From Anaeromyxobacter sp. (GTDB taxonomy: Bacteria; Myxococcota; Myxococcia; Myxococcales; Anaeromyxobacteraceae): a stretch of 64,000 nt of DNA. The position numbers were made by a program, and so were the translations under genes. The DNA lies in NCBI GenBank assembly GCA_046351695.1, contig JAXLYA010000004.1, forward strand, positions 171,265 to 235,264, given 5' to 3'. This document shows positions 46,208 through 55,677 of this stretch, piece after piece. Numbering within the stretch: position 1 is the stretch's first letter; the number at the start of each line of letters is the position of its first letter. Under the pieces are notes generated by a model. That model searched no databases. It worked only from the letters and a program-made list of their open reading frames with translations, and was not told the origin of the DNA.

Positions 46208-47019
46208 GCGCGGCGACGACCCCCTGCGCGCGCCCCGACGAGTGGCTGCGCCTCGTGGACGGGGAGCTCACCGAGAACCGGGCGGCGGACCTGCGCGCGC
46301 ACGCCGCCGGCTGCACCGCCTGCACGCGCGAGCTCGCCGGGGCGGAGGCGCTCGTGTCCCGGCTCGCCGCGCCGGACCCGGAGGTCTTCGCGGCGCGCGT
46401 GGTCGCGGGTGCGATGGCGCGGCTCGGGGCAGCGCCGGAGCGGGAGCGCCGGCGCCCGTGGCTCGGCTGGGCGCTCGCGGGCGCCGCGACGTTCGCGGTC
46501 GTGCTCGCCCTCCCGGTCGCGCTGCGCCGGGGGCCGACCGAGGACTTCACCGCCCGCGGCGGCCCCGCCGCGGCCTGGGCGGCGCGCGTCGGCGTCGAGC
46601 TCTCCGCGCTCGAGAAGCCGGTCCGCAGGCTCGGGCCCGGCGCGTCGCTCGTGTCCGGCACCGCGGTCGTCGCGAGCTACGGGAACCCGGAGCCCGAACC
46701 GGCGTACCTCCTCGCCTTCGCGCTCGACGGCGCGAACGAGGTGCACTGGCTCTACCCCGCGTTCCTCGAACCCGGCTCCGACCCCGCCGCCGTCCGGCTC
46801 GAGCCGGCGACGGTCTACCGCGCGCTCCCCGATGCCGCGGTCCTCGAGGGGCTCCTGCCCGGTCCGCTGCGGCTCGTGACCGTCGTCTCGCGCGAGCCGA
46901 TCCGGGTCTCCGCCGTCGAGCGGCTCGCGCCCGCCGAGCGGGACCCGGAGGCGCTCCGGCGCCGCCTCCCGGCGGCCCGCGTCGACGCCATCCCGGTCGT
47001 GCTGGGGCCCGCGCGGTGA
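46204..47019 (+). CDS. Anti-sigma factor (zf-HC2, single TM, periplasmic domain resembling the caspase-associated DUF4384 type)
   Basis: ATGA overlap with the sigma gene. H-x3-C-x2-C motif (HAAGCTAC), TM WLGWALAGAATFAVVLALPVAL, and a periplasmic part ...PAYLLAFALDGANEVHWLYPAF... Confidence 0.75.
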   Translation: MSAATTPCARPDEWLRLVDGELTENRAADLRAHAAGCTACTRELAGAEALVSRLAAPDPEVFAARVVAGAMARLGAAPERERRRPWLGWALAGAATFAVVLALPVALRRGPTEDFTARGGPAAAWAARVGVELSALEKPVRRLGPGASLVSGTAVVASYGNPEPEPAYLLAFALDGANEVHWLYPAFLEPGSDPAAVRLEPATVYRALPDAAVLEGLLPGPLRLVTVVSREPIRVSAVERLAPAERDPEALRRRLPAARVDAIPVVLGPAR

Positions 47020-48874
47020 TCGCGGTCGCCGCCGCCCTCGCGCTCGCGGCCGGCGCCGCGGCCGCCCCGCCGGCCGAGCCCGCCACGCTCGCGCTCATCG
47101 TGGCCTCGAACCGCGGCGCTCGGCCCGGCCGCGCGCCGCTCCGCTACGCGGACGACGACGGCGCGAAGTACCACCACGTCTTCGCCGCCCTCGCCGGCGA
47201 GGAGCGCACGATCCTCCTCACCGAGCTCGACCGCGACACGGCGCGCCTGTTCCCCGAGCTCGAGGGGCGCACCGGCGCGCCCACGCGCGCGTGCTCGCGG
47301 CGGGCGAGGCGCTCGCGCGGCGGGCGCGGAAGCTGCGCGACGCCGGCCAGGCGGTGCGGTTCTACTTCGTCTTCGCAGGGCACGGCGACGTGGAGGACGG
47401 GCAGGGGTTCGTGGAGCTCCCCGACGGCCGGCTCGGGGCCGACGACCTCCTCGCGCTCGTCCGCGCGGTCGGCGCCGCCGAGGCGCACGTCATCCTCGAC
47501 AGCTGCAACTCGTTCTTCGTCGTGAACCCGCGCAAGGCCGGCGGCCGCCGGGTGACCACGCCGCAGGACGCCGCCGAGGCGCTCGCGCGCCGGCTGCCCG
47601 ACGTCGGCGTGTTCCTCTCCACCTCCTCGCAGGCCGAGGTCTACGAGTGGTCGGAGCTGCAGTCGGGCGTCTTCAGCCACGCGGTGCGCTCGGGCCTCCT
47701 CGGCGGCGCCGACACCGACGGCGACGGGCGCGTCACCTACGAGGAGCTCGCCGGCTTCGTGGAGACCGCGTCAGCCGAGATCCGGAACCCGCTCTACCGG
47801 CCGCGTGTGTTCGCGCGCGGCCCGAACGGCGAGGGCGGGCGCGCCATCGTGGTGCGGCCGGCGGCGGCGCGCGCGCGGCTCGAGGTCGACGAGGCCGACC
47901 CGGTGCGCCTCGCCATCCGCGACGAGGACGGGCTCCGCTGGGCGGACGTCCACAAGGAGGCCGGCGCGCGGCTCGAGCTCTGGTACCCGCCCGCGCGCGC
48001 GGGCGCCATCGAGATCGAGCGGCTCGCGCCCGGCGCGGCCGGCATGGAGCGGGTGTCGGTGCACCGGTTACCCGCGGAGCCGGGCCCGGTGCGGCTCGCC
48101 ACGGTAGAGGGCCGGGCGGCGGGCGTCGCGGAGCGGGGGACGGGGGAGATCTTCCGCTCGCTGTTCGCGTTGCCGTTCGGGCCGGCGGCGCTCGGGCGGT
48201 TCGTCGAGGGCGGCGGCATGGCGCGGGTCGGGGAGTGTCCGGCGGAGCCGGAGGAGGCGAATCCGTGGAGGCCGCAGGCGGCGCTCCACCTGGGGTTCGC
48301 CCGCCCGCGGCTGCCGGTCACCGCGAGCGGCAACCCGGACCCCGCGATGGGCCTCGGCCTCGACGTGGCGGGGGAGGTCGTCCTCCCCGTCGGCACCGCC
48401 GCCGGGGTCATGCTCGGGGTGGGCTGGCTCGGCGCGCGCTCCGGGCCCACCTGGCGGTCGCGGGCGTTCTGGGACGGGGTGCTTGGCCCCGGCTGGCTCG
48501 GGCCGCGGGAGCCGCCCTCGGCCGCCATCCGCGCGAGCGTCGTGCCGGTGCTCGCGGGGATCACGGTGGGCTGGCGCCTCGCCGGGCCCGTCCACGCGCG
48601 GGTGCACGCCTCGGCGGGCGCGGCCCGGGTCTGGCTCGAGGTGGCGCCGGCGGAGGCGTTCACGGCGGCCGTCCAGCGCGGCGCGGGCTGGGTCCCCGCG
48701 GTCGAGGTGGGCGGCGCGCTCGAGCTCCCGCTCGCGCGCGGGCTCACGGCCGGCTTCCGTGCGGACTACCTCGCCGGCGTGGCGGGCGTCCCGGGCCTCC
48801 CGGTGGAGGTCGGGCTGCGTGCCCTGCGGGTCTCGACCGTGATGGCGTGGTCACCGCGGGGGGGGGCGCCGTGA
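47016..48874 (+). CDS. Secreted caspase-fold (peptidase C14) protein with a canonical EF-hand loop and a C-terminal barrel-like region; reading frame interrupted near 47286-47291
   Basis: GTGA overlap with the anti-sigma stop. Signal VIAVAAALALAAGAAAAP, then LALIVASNRGARPGRAPLRYADDDGAKY. A frame break follows, then FYFVFAGHGD (His, 47381), HVILDSCNSF (Cys, 47504) and DTDGDGRVTYEE (47711-47746). The C-terminal alternating hydrophobic pattern ends ...LRVSTVMAW. Length 1859 nt = 3n+2. Confidence 0.7.
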
Positions 48875-50016
48875 GGTGCGCCGATCTGGCCGCGCTGGCG
48901 GCGTGCGGCATCGCGGCATGCGCGACGCGGAGCGAGCCCACCGTGCTCGTCCGCGAGGAGACGACCCCATTTCCGCGGGAGGGCGTGCACCTCCTCGCAC
49001 CCTCCTTCCTCGCGGCGGGAGGCGTGGAGACGACCACCACCCTCGGGCTCCTGCGGGATGGCCGGCTCACGGTGGGCGAGTTCGATACCCGCCTCCGGCT
49101 GGAGGACCGGCCGCGCGTCATGGTCCGAGCTCACTACGTGGTCGTCGCCGCCGACGGGGCTCGGGAGGCCACCTTCGTCACGGGAGCGACGGGGGGTGGC
49201 GTGGTCGGCTCGGCGGTGGCGCTCGAGGGCACACCGCTCGCGACGGACGGCCGATGGCTCCTCGGGGTGCAGGAGGGGAGCGGCGGCTCCACCCTGCGCG
49301 TCGTCGAGCTCGGCGTGCCGGAGCGGCGCGCCGAGTACGCGACGGTCCGGCACCCCACGAGGGCGGTCGCCGTGGAGGGCGGGTTCCTCGTGTTCGCGTC
49401 CGATCCGGGAGGTGGCCCTCCAGGCTGGATCGCCGTCCGTCCCGAAGCGACCGCGGTGCCGGAGTTCGAGGAGGTCAGCGAGCCTGGCCTCGGGGTGGTG
49501 TTCGACGCCTTCGCGGAGCCGGGCGCCGTCGTCGTCGGGGCGTGGACTTGGACGGACGGTGCGGGCGCGCAGCGCGGGGTGCAGGTGCTCCGGCTCGCAG
49601 TCGAGGGCGGAGCCCCGGGCTGGCCTGCCCGCGCACGGCTCGAGCTGCCCGAGATCGATGCGAGGGAGGGCGCAGCGTTCCTCGCGTGGAGCGACGGGCT
49701 CGGGGTCGTGGAGCAGCTCGAGACCGTCTACGCGTTCGAGGCGCAGGGATGCCCGTGGTGGGAGACGAGCTTCCACGCCCCCCAGCCCTCGCCGTGCAGC
49801 GCGAGGTCCTCCGGAAGGGCGTACCTGGTGCGCGAACAGCACGGAACGCTGGCCGCCACACCGATCCTGCTCCCGTACGTGGAGCTCGCCTTCCCGATCT
49901 TTGACCGCGGCGATCGCGCGGGCTCTCGGCTCGCGGTTTCGGCCGGCCGGATCGGGCTCGTCGAGGGCCCACCGTACGCGGTCTCCTGGTACGGCGTCCG
50001 GGAGCCCGCGCCGTGA
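48871..50016 (+). CDS. Orphan lipoprotein, paralogue A of a tandem pair
   Basis: GTGA overlap with the upstream stop. LAACGIAAC lipobox-like N-terminus. I recognise no domain. It shares long identical blocks with the next gene. Confidence 0.65.
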   Translation: MRCADLAALAACGIAACATRSEPTVLVREETTPFPREGVHLLAPSFLAAGGVETTTTLGLLRDGRLTVGEFDTRLRLEDRPRVMVRAHYVVVAADGAREATFVTGATGGGVVGSAVALEGTPLATDGRWLLGVQEGSGGSTLRVVELGVPERRAEYATVRHPTRAVAVEGGFLVFASDPGGGPPGWIAVRPEATAVPEFEEVSEPGLGVVFDAFAEPGAVVVGAWTWTDGAGAQRGVQVLRLAVEGGAPGWPARARLELPEIDAREGAAFLAWSDGLGVVEQLETVYAFEAQGCPWWETSFHAPQPSPCSARSSGRAYLVREQHGTLAATPILLPYVELAFPIFDRGDRAGSRLAVSAGRIGLVEGPPYAVSWYGVREPAP

Positions 50017-51164
50017 CGCGCGCGTGGATCGTCGGGCTCGCGGCGTGCGGTGTCGCAGCATGCTCCGCGCGGAGCGAGCCGACACTGCTCGTCCGCGAGG
50101 AGACGACACCGTACCCCGGCGCCTTCGGAGACACGACGTTCGTGGCGCCGTCGTTCCTCGTGACGGGGGGCGTGAGGCAGTACGCGCTCGGCGAGCTGTG
50201 GGACGGTTCACTCCGGGTGGTCGGGTGGGAGCCGCAAGGCGGGTTCCCGTCGCTTCCACGGAATACACACCTCGCGACCTCGACGCCCTACGCGCTCATC
50301 GCAGCGCGCGGGGAGGCCTGGCTGGTCAGGCCGAAGAACGAGGCCTCGTGGGGATCGGTCTACATGGAGCGCGTCGCCCTCGACGGCACGCCGCTCGCGA
50401 CGGACGGCCGCTGGGTCGTCGGCGTGCGCTACGAGGCGGCCGCCTCCACGCTTCAGGTCGTCGAGGTCGGCGCGGCTGAGTTGCACGCCGAGTACACGAC
50501 CGCCCGGTATCCCAGGAGGGCGGTGCCCGTCGACGGTGGGTTCCTCGTCTTCGCCTCCGACCCGGGGGGTGGGCCGCCCGGCTGGATCGCCATCCGTCCC
50601 GGGGCCACCGCCGGGCCTGAGTTCGAGGAGGTGAGCGAGCCTGGCCTCGGCGTCGTGTTCGACGCCTACGCGGAGCCGGGTGAGGTCGTCGTCGGAGCCT
50701 GGACGTGGGCTGAAGGTGATGGCGCGCAGCGCGGTGCGCAGGTCCTCCGCCTCGCCGTCGCCGGCGTGGCACCCGTCTGGCCGGCCCATGCACGGCTCGA
50801 GTTGCCCGACCTCGACGCGCGCGAAGGCGCGGCGTTCCTCGCCTGGCAGGGCGGACTCGGCGTCGTCGAGCAGCTCGAGACCGACTACGCGTACGACCCC
50901 GCGAGGTGCCCTGGCGGGTACTGGGCCGAGCACGCCTGGCCGTGGCCGTGCCGCGCGCGGTCCGCGGGGAGGGCCTACGTGGTGCGCGACGCGGGCGGCG
51001 AGCTGACCGCCACGCCTGTCCTGCTCCCCTACGTCGAGCTCGAGTTCCCGATCTTCGAGCACTGGGATCGCGCGGGCGCGCGGGTCGCGGTGTCGGCCGG
51101 GCGGATCGGTCTCATCGAGGGGCCGCCCTACGCGGTGTCCTGGTACCGCCTCGTGGAGCCCTGA
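50013..51164 (+). CDS. Orphan lipoprotein, paralogue B of a tandem pair
   Basis: GTGA overlap. MTRAWIVGLAACGVAAC. Blocks shared with paralogue A: GTPLATDGRW, GGFLVFASDPGGGPPGWIA, PEFEEVSEPGLGVVFDA, ARLELP..DAREGAAFLAW, LLPYVEL.FPIF, GPPYAVSWY. Confidence 0.65.
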   Translation: MTRAWIVGLAACGVAACSARSEPTLLVREETTPYPGAFGDTTFVAPSFLVTGGVRQYALGELWDGSLRVVGWEPQGGFPSLPRNTHLATSTPYALIAARGEAWLVRPKNEASWGSVYMERVALDGTPLATDGRWVVGVRYEAAASTLQVVEVGAAELHAEYTTARYPRRAVPVDGGFLVFASDPGGGPPGWIAIRPGATAGPEFEEVSEPGLGVVFDAYAEPGEVVVGAWTWAEGDGAQRGAQVLRLAVAGVAPVWPAHARLELPDLDAREGAAFLAWQGGLGVVEQLETDYAYDPARCPGGYWAEHAWPWPCRARSAGRAYVVRDAGGELTATPVLLPYVELEFPIFEHWDRAGARVAVSAGRIGLIEGPPYAVSWYRLVEP

Positions 51165-51279
51165 CGAGCGAGCGCGCGGCGCGCTGATGCGTGCGCAGCG
51201 TGCGCGCCCCTCAACGACCGGCGACCGGCGGTGTTCCTCCTGCGGCCGCGACTGCGCGGTCCAGAACCGGGGGAACGAA

Positions 51280-52737
51280 ATGAAGACCGTGGCGAGTAGG
51301 TGGCCGTGGGTGGCGCTGGCGGGGGCGCTCGTGGCCGCGGCGCAGGGCTGCGACGAGGACGAGCCCCCGAAGTACCGGATCGGTGGCACCGTGATCGGCC
51401 TCACGGGCAAGCTGCTCGTGCTGTCGACCGAGGGCCGCCCGCCCGTCTCGCTGGACGCGGGTGCGACGCACTTCACGTTCGACGGCGAGGTGCGCGACGG
51501 GACGCGCTACGACGTGAAGGTGCAGGACCAGCCGACGGTTGGCACGTGCACGGTCTCGCAGGGGAAGGGCACCGTGAGCGGGGCGGACGTCACGGTGTCG
51601 GTGACCTGTCAGGGGACGTCGGGGTGGACCTCCGCGGGACCGCTGAAGCATGCGCGTGGGTACCTCCCAGCGTCCGCGACGCTCGAGTCGGGCAAGGTGC
51701 TCGTGGCGGGCGGGCACACCGATCCCACGGATCCAGGCTGGTTCAGCGAGATCACGAACTCGGCGGAGGTCTTCGATCCGTCCGTCGGCGGGTGGAGCCC
51801 GACGGGATCCATGACCGTGCCTCGTCGGAGCGCGTGCGGGGTGCGGCTCGCGTCGGGCAAGGTGCTCGTGGCGGGCGGGTGGCGGGAGGGTCCCCCGGGG
51901 GTCTTCACCAGCGAGCGCACGGCGGAGCTCTACGACCCGGTCGGTGGGACCTGGACCCGCACCGGGGACATGACCGCCACCCGTCCCATCACGACCTGCG
52001 TGCTCCTCGACAGCGGCGAGGTCCTCGTGACGGGCCTCGCCGACGAGCAGGAGGCCAAGGGTTCGGTGGATCTCTTCGACCCCGCCACCGGGACCTTCGC
52101 GAGGACGGGGGCCTACGCCCACCCCCGCTGGAATCCCACCCTGACGAAGCTCGCGAACGGCAAGGTGCTCGCGGCCGGAGGCCGCCTGGACGTCGCCCCC
52201 TTCGACGAGACCGCGACGGCGGAGCTCTACGATCCGCAGAGCGGGACCTGGTCGCCCGCGGGCGCCCTTCCGGCCGGCGTGCTCTGCGCCGCGGCGGTGC
52301 TCCTCCCCTCCGGCAAGGTGCTGGTCACCGGTGGCTGCTCCAACGATTCCACCTGCGGCGCGGGCCAGGTCGGCTCCCCCTCCGGTCTCGATGCCGAGCG
52401 GTGGGCGCGCCTCTATGACCCGGCGACCAACGGCTGGAGCGACGCCGGCACGATGGCCGTGGGCCGCACCGGCCACGCGCTCCTCCCGCTGCCCTCCGGG
52501 AGGGTCCTTGCGGCAGGGGGAGGCTTCCGCGCGGGTACGCGGCGTGCGAGCGAGCTCTACGACCCCGCCACGAACACGTGGAGCCCCGCGCCCTCGTCTC
52601 CGTCGATGCACGTCTTCGGCTTCGCCGCGCGCCTGAACGACGGCCGCTGGCTCGTGGCGGGTGGGCTGGGGGAGCATGCGTTTCGTCAGGGGTCGCAGGA
52701 CAACGTCCTCGAGGATACGGAGATCTTCGAGGAGTGA
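51280..52737 (+). CDS. Kelch-repeat beta-propeller lipoprotein
   Basis: ATG 51280 gives MKTVASRWPWVALAGALVAAAQGC. Six repeats of the form SGKVLVAGG...AE(L/V)(Y/F)DP..G.W...G.M...R. Confidence 0.75.
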   Translation: MKTVASRWPWVALAGALVAAAQGCDEDEPPKYRIGGTVIGLTGKLLVLSTEGRPPVSLDAGATHFTFDGEVRDGTRYDVKVQDQPTVGTCTVSQGKGTVSGADVTVSVTCQGTSGWTSAGPLKHARGYLPASATLESGKVLVAGGHTDPTDPGWFSEITNSAEVFDPSVGGWSPTGSMTVPRRSACGVRLASGKVLVAGGWREGPPGVFTSERTAELYDPVGGTWTRTGDMTATRPITTCVLLDSGEVLVTGLADEQEAKGSVDLFDPATGTFARTGAYAHPRWNPTLTKLANGKVLAAGGRLDVAPFDETATAELYDPQSGTWSPAGALPAGVLCAAAVLLPSGKVLVTGGCSNDSTCGAGQVGSPSGLDAERWARLYDPATNGWSDAGTMAVGRTGHALLPLPSGRVLAAGGGFRAGTRRASELYDPATNTWSPAPSSPSMHVFGFAARLNDGRWLVAGGLGEHAFRQGSQDNVLEDTEIFEE

Positions 52738-52885
52738 CAGGCGGCCTGGAGCCGGTCAAGCTCGACGCGAGCGCGACCGGCTTCGCCTTGCCGCGCGGAG
52801 ACGTGATCGTAGCGGGCGGCGCGCTCGCGGACGCTGGCCGCGCGCCGAGCGGTTCACGACGCGAGGTGACGCGCCGATGCGGTCG

Positions 52886-53422
52886 TCACCGCCCGAACAT
52901 CCACGTCACGACGACGACCGCCGCCGCGAAGCCGGCGAGGTCCGCGAGCAGCGCCGCGGGCAACGCCTGCCGGTACCGCGAGACGCCGATGGCGCCGAGG
53001 TAGACCGCGAGCACGTAGAAGGTCGTCTCGGTGGAGCCCGCCATCACCGAGGCGAGCCGGCCGGCGTAGGAGTCCGGGCCGTCGGAGCGCAGCACGTCGG
53101 CGACGACGCCGTTCGCGGCGCTGCCGGAGAGCGGCCGCACGAGCACGAGCGGGAGCACGCTCGCCGGGATGCCGAGCCGGTCGGTGAGCGGCGCGACGAG
53201 CGCGGCGAAGGCGTCCATCGCGCCCGACGCGCGCAGCATGCCGAGCGCGACGAACACCGCCACGAGCGGCGGGATGATCCGCACGGCGGTCTCGAAGCCG
53301 CCCTTCGCGCCCTCGAGGAACGCCGGGTAGACCTTCACCTTGCGGAAGGTCGCGAGCAGCGGGATGCCCGCGAGGAGCAGCGGGATCGCCCAGGTCGAGA
53401 CGGCGTCGACGGCCTCGCGCAT
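52886..53422 (-). CDS. spmB: Nucleoside-recognition (Gate) domain membrane protein, SpmB-like
   Basis: MREAVDAVSTWAIPLLLAGIPL...FLEGAKGGFETAVRIIPPLVA...RPLSGSAA; starts 3 nt after the spmA-like stop. Confidence 0.7.
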   Translation of the reverse strand: MREAVDAVSTWAIPLLLAGIPLLATFRKVKVYPAFLEGAKGGFETAVRIIPPLVAVFVALGMLRASGAMDAFAALVAPLTDRLGIPASVLPLVLVRPLSGSAANGVVADVLRSDGPDSYAGRLASVMAGSTETTFYVLAVYLGAIGVSRYRQALPAALLADLAGFAAAVVVVTWMFGR

Positions 53423-53424
53423 CG

Positions 53425-54027
53425 CTAGGGGCTCCCGGCTGGCGCGGCGGGCGGCGGGAAGAGCGGAGCGAGGAGCCGCGAAGCGACGGCCGCGACGACG
53501 ACGCCGCAGGCCGAGGCGACGAGCGTCGGCCCGAGGATCTCGGCGGGCGCGTGCGAGCCGGCCGCGGTGCGGAGCGCGATGACGGTCGCCGGGACGAGCT
53601 GGATCGAGGCCGTGTTGAGCGCGACGAGCGTCGCCTGCGCGTCGGTCGCGGTGCCCCGGTGCGGGTTCAGGGTCTCGAGCTCGGCCATTGCCTTCATGCC
53701 GAACGGGGTCGCGGCGTTCGCGAGCCCGAGCATGTTCGCGCCGACGTTCATGACGATGGCGCCCATGGCCGGATGGTCGGCGGGGACGGAGGGGAAGAGG
53801 AGGCGCAGGAGCGGCCGGAAGGCGCGGGCGATCGCGCGGACGACGCCCGCCTCCTCGGCGACCTTCATGAGCCCGAGCCAGAGCGCGAGCACGCCGGCGA
53901 GCCCGATCGAGAAGGTGACCGCCCTCCCCGCCGACTCGACCGCCGCGGCGGTGAGCGCGGCCATGCGGCCGTTCCAGGCGGCGAACGCGACCGCGATCGT
54001 GACGAGCGCCGTGAAGAGCAGGCCCAC
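53425..54027 (-). CDS. spmA: Nucleoside-recognition (Gate) domain membrane protein, SpmA-like
   Basis: The likely GTG start at 54027 gives MGLLFTALVTIAVAFAAWNGRMAALTAAAVESAGRAVTFSIGLAGVLALWLGLMKVAEEAG, which aligns with SpmA N-termini. The start is uncertain. Confidence 0.65.
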   Translation of the reverse strand: MGLLFTALVTIAVAFAAWNGRMAALTAAAVESAGRAVTFSIGLAGVLALWLGLMKVAEEAGVVRAIARAFRPLLRLLFPSVPADHPAMGAIVMNVGANMLGLANAATPFGMKAMAELETLNPHRGTATDAQATLVALNTASIQLVPATVIALRTAAGSHAPAEILGPTLVASACGVVVAAVASRLLAPLFPPPAAPAGSP

Positions 54028-54081
54028 GGCGGGATGGTCGCACGACGGGTGCCGAGGTCCATTTCTTGATAGAACCCGGGC

Positions 54082-55629
54082 GTGAACCGCCCCACCCGCG
54101 CCGCCGCACTCCTGGTCGCCGTCGCCGCGCTGCTCTCCGCCTGCCCCGAGCGGCGCGAGTCGCTGCAGCCGCCCGCGAAGAAGCCGCCGCAGGCCGCGCT
54201 CCAGCCCGCCCCGCAGGGCGGCCCCGACGTGCTCTCGGTGCCGCGGCCCGACGGGCCGGAGTGGTTCGGGCTCTACCTGCTCGGCAAGAAGGCCGGCTGG
54301 ACGAAGCTCTCGTTCACGCGCGAGATGCGCCGCGGGCAGGCGGTCCTCGTGGGCCGCAGCGAGACCGTGCTCTCCGCGACCGTGGGCACGAAGACCGTGG
54401 AGCGGAAGGTCGTCGAGGAGCGCGTCTACGAGGCGCGGCCGGCGGGCCCGCTCGTCGAGTTCTCCGGCGAGTGGTCGGGAGACGGCGGCGACCGGAAGGT
54501 GTCCGGCACCTGCGCCGCCGCGCTCTGCCAGCTCACCGAGACCACCGCGGGCGGCACGCAGAAGAAGACGCTCGAGGGCGTCGCCGAGACCGCCGACCAG
54601 GCCGACGCGGTCCGGCTCGCGGCCGCGCGCCGGGCGACCCAGCGCGGGCGGCAGCTCGACCTCGAGAAGCTGCGCGTGAAGGACGTGGAGACGGCGTTCC
54701 TCCGGCGCGACCGCATGGCCGGCGGCGGCGTGGAGACCCCGGTGTCGGTGGTCGCCGAAGCCGAGGTGGGCGATCGCATGGCGGTCGAGTACCGCATCGC
54801 CGACGACGGCCGCATGCTCGAGATGCGCCTCGGCGAGGCGCTCGTCGCGCGCCCCGAGACGGAGGACACGGCGAAGAAGCTCGACAAGCTCGACCTCTTC
54901 GAGCTCGCCCGCGTGCAGGTCCCGTCGCCGCTCCCGCGGGACGTGCCCGCGACGGTGAAGTACCGGCTCTCCGGCCTGCCGGCCTCGTTCCAGGTGGCCG
55001 ACGCGCGGCAGCGGTACGAGCGGGTCCCGGGCGGCGGCGAGTCCGACGTGGTGCTCACGGTGTCCGCGAAGGTGCCGGCCGCGGCCGACCCCTCGAAGGA
55101 CACGCCGCTCGCGCGCGCGAGGGCCGGCGTCGATCCGGACGAGCTCGCCTCCGGGCCGCAGGCCGACTCCGACGATCCCGGGATCCAGGCGCTCGCGCGG
55201 CAGGTGGTGGGCGACACGAAGACGGCCTACGCCGCCGCGCTCAAGCTCTCCGACCACGTGTTCCACCGGCTCGAGAAGGCCTACGGCGCGAGCCACGACC
55301 GCGCGAGCGACGTGCTCCGCGCCGGGAAGGGCGACTGCACCGAGCACTCGGTGCTGATGGTCGCGCTCGCCCGCGCCGCCGGCATCCCGGCGCGCGGCGT
55401 CCACGGCCTCGTGTATGCGCGCTACGACGACAAGGTCGACGCGCTCTACTGGCACGCCTGGGTGGAGGTGCGGAGCGGCGGCGAGTGGATCGCCGTCGAC
55501 CCGACCTTCGGCCAGGCCGTCGCCGACGCCACCCACATCGCGCTCGGCCGCGGCACGCAGGTCGACGCGGTCGGGCTCCTCGGCGCCCTGAAGGTGAAGT
55601 CCGTCGACGTCAGCGTCGGCAAGAAGTGA
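54082..55629 (+). CDS. Transglutaminase-like cysteine protease-fold lipoprotein
   Basis: Lipobox LLSAC. C-terminal transglutaminase core GKGDCTEHSVLMVALARAAGIPAR...WHAWVEV...DPT (Cys-His-Asp). Confidence 0.75.
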   Translation: MNRPTRAAALLVAVAALLSACPERRESLQPPAKKPPQAALQPAPQGGPDVLSVPRPDGPEWFGLYLLGKKAGWTKLSFTREMRRGQAVLVGRSETVLSATVGTKTVERKVVEERVYEARPAGPLVEFSGEWSGDGGDRKVSGTCAAALCQLTETTAGGTQKKTLEGVAETADQADAVRLAAARRATQRGRQLDLEKLRVKDVETAFLRRDRMAGGGVETPVSVVAEAEVGDRMAVEYRIADDGRMLEMRLGEALVARPETEDTAKKLDKLDLFELARVQVPSPLPRDVPATVKYRLSGLPASFQVADARQRYERVPGGGESDVVLTVSAKVPAAADPSKDTPLARARAGVDPDELASGPQADSDDPGIQALARQVVGDTKTAYAAALKLSDHVFHRLEKAYGASHDRASDVLRAGKGDCTEHSVLMVALARAAGIPARGVHGLVYARYDDKVDALYWHAWVEVRSGGEWIAVDPTFGQAVADATHIALGRGTQVDAVGLLGALKVKSVDVSVGKK

Positions 55630-55677
55630 ACCCCGTCGGCGCCGGCGAGGAGCCGGCGCGCGCAAGGAGAAGAACCC

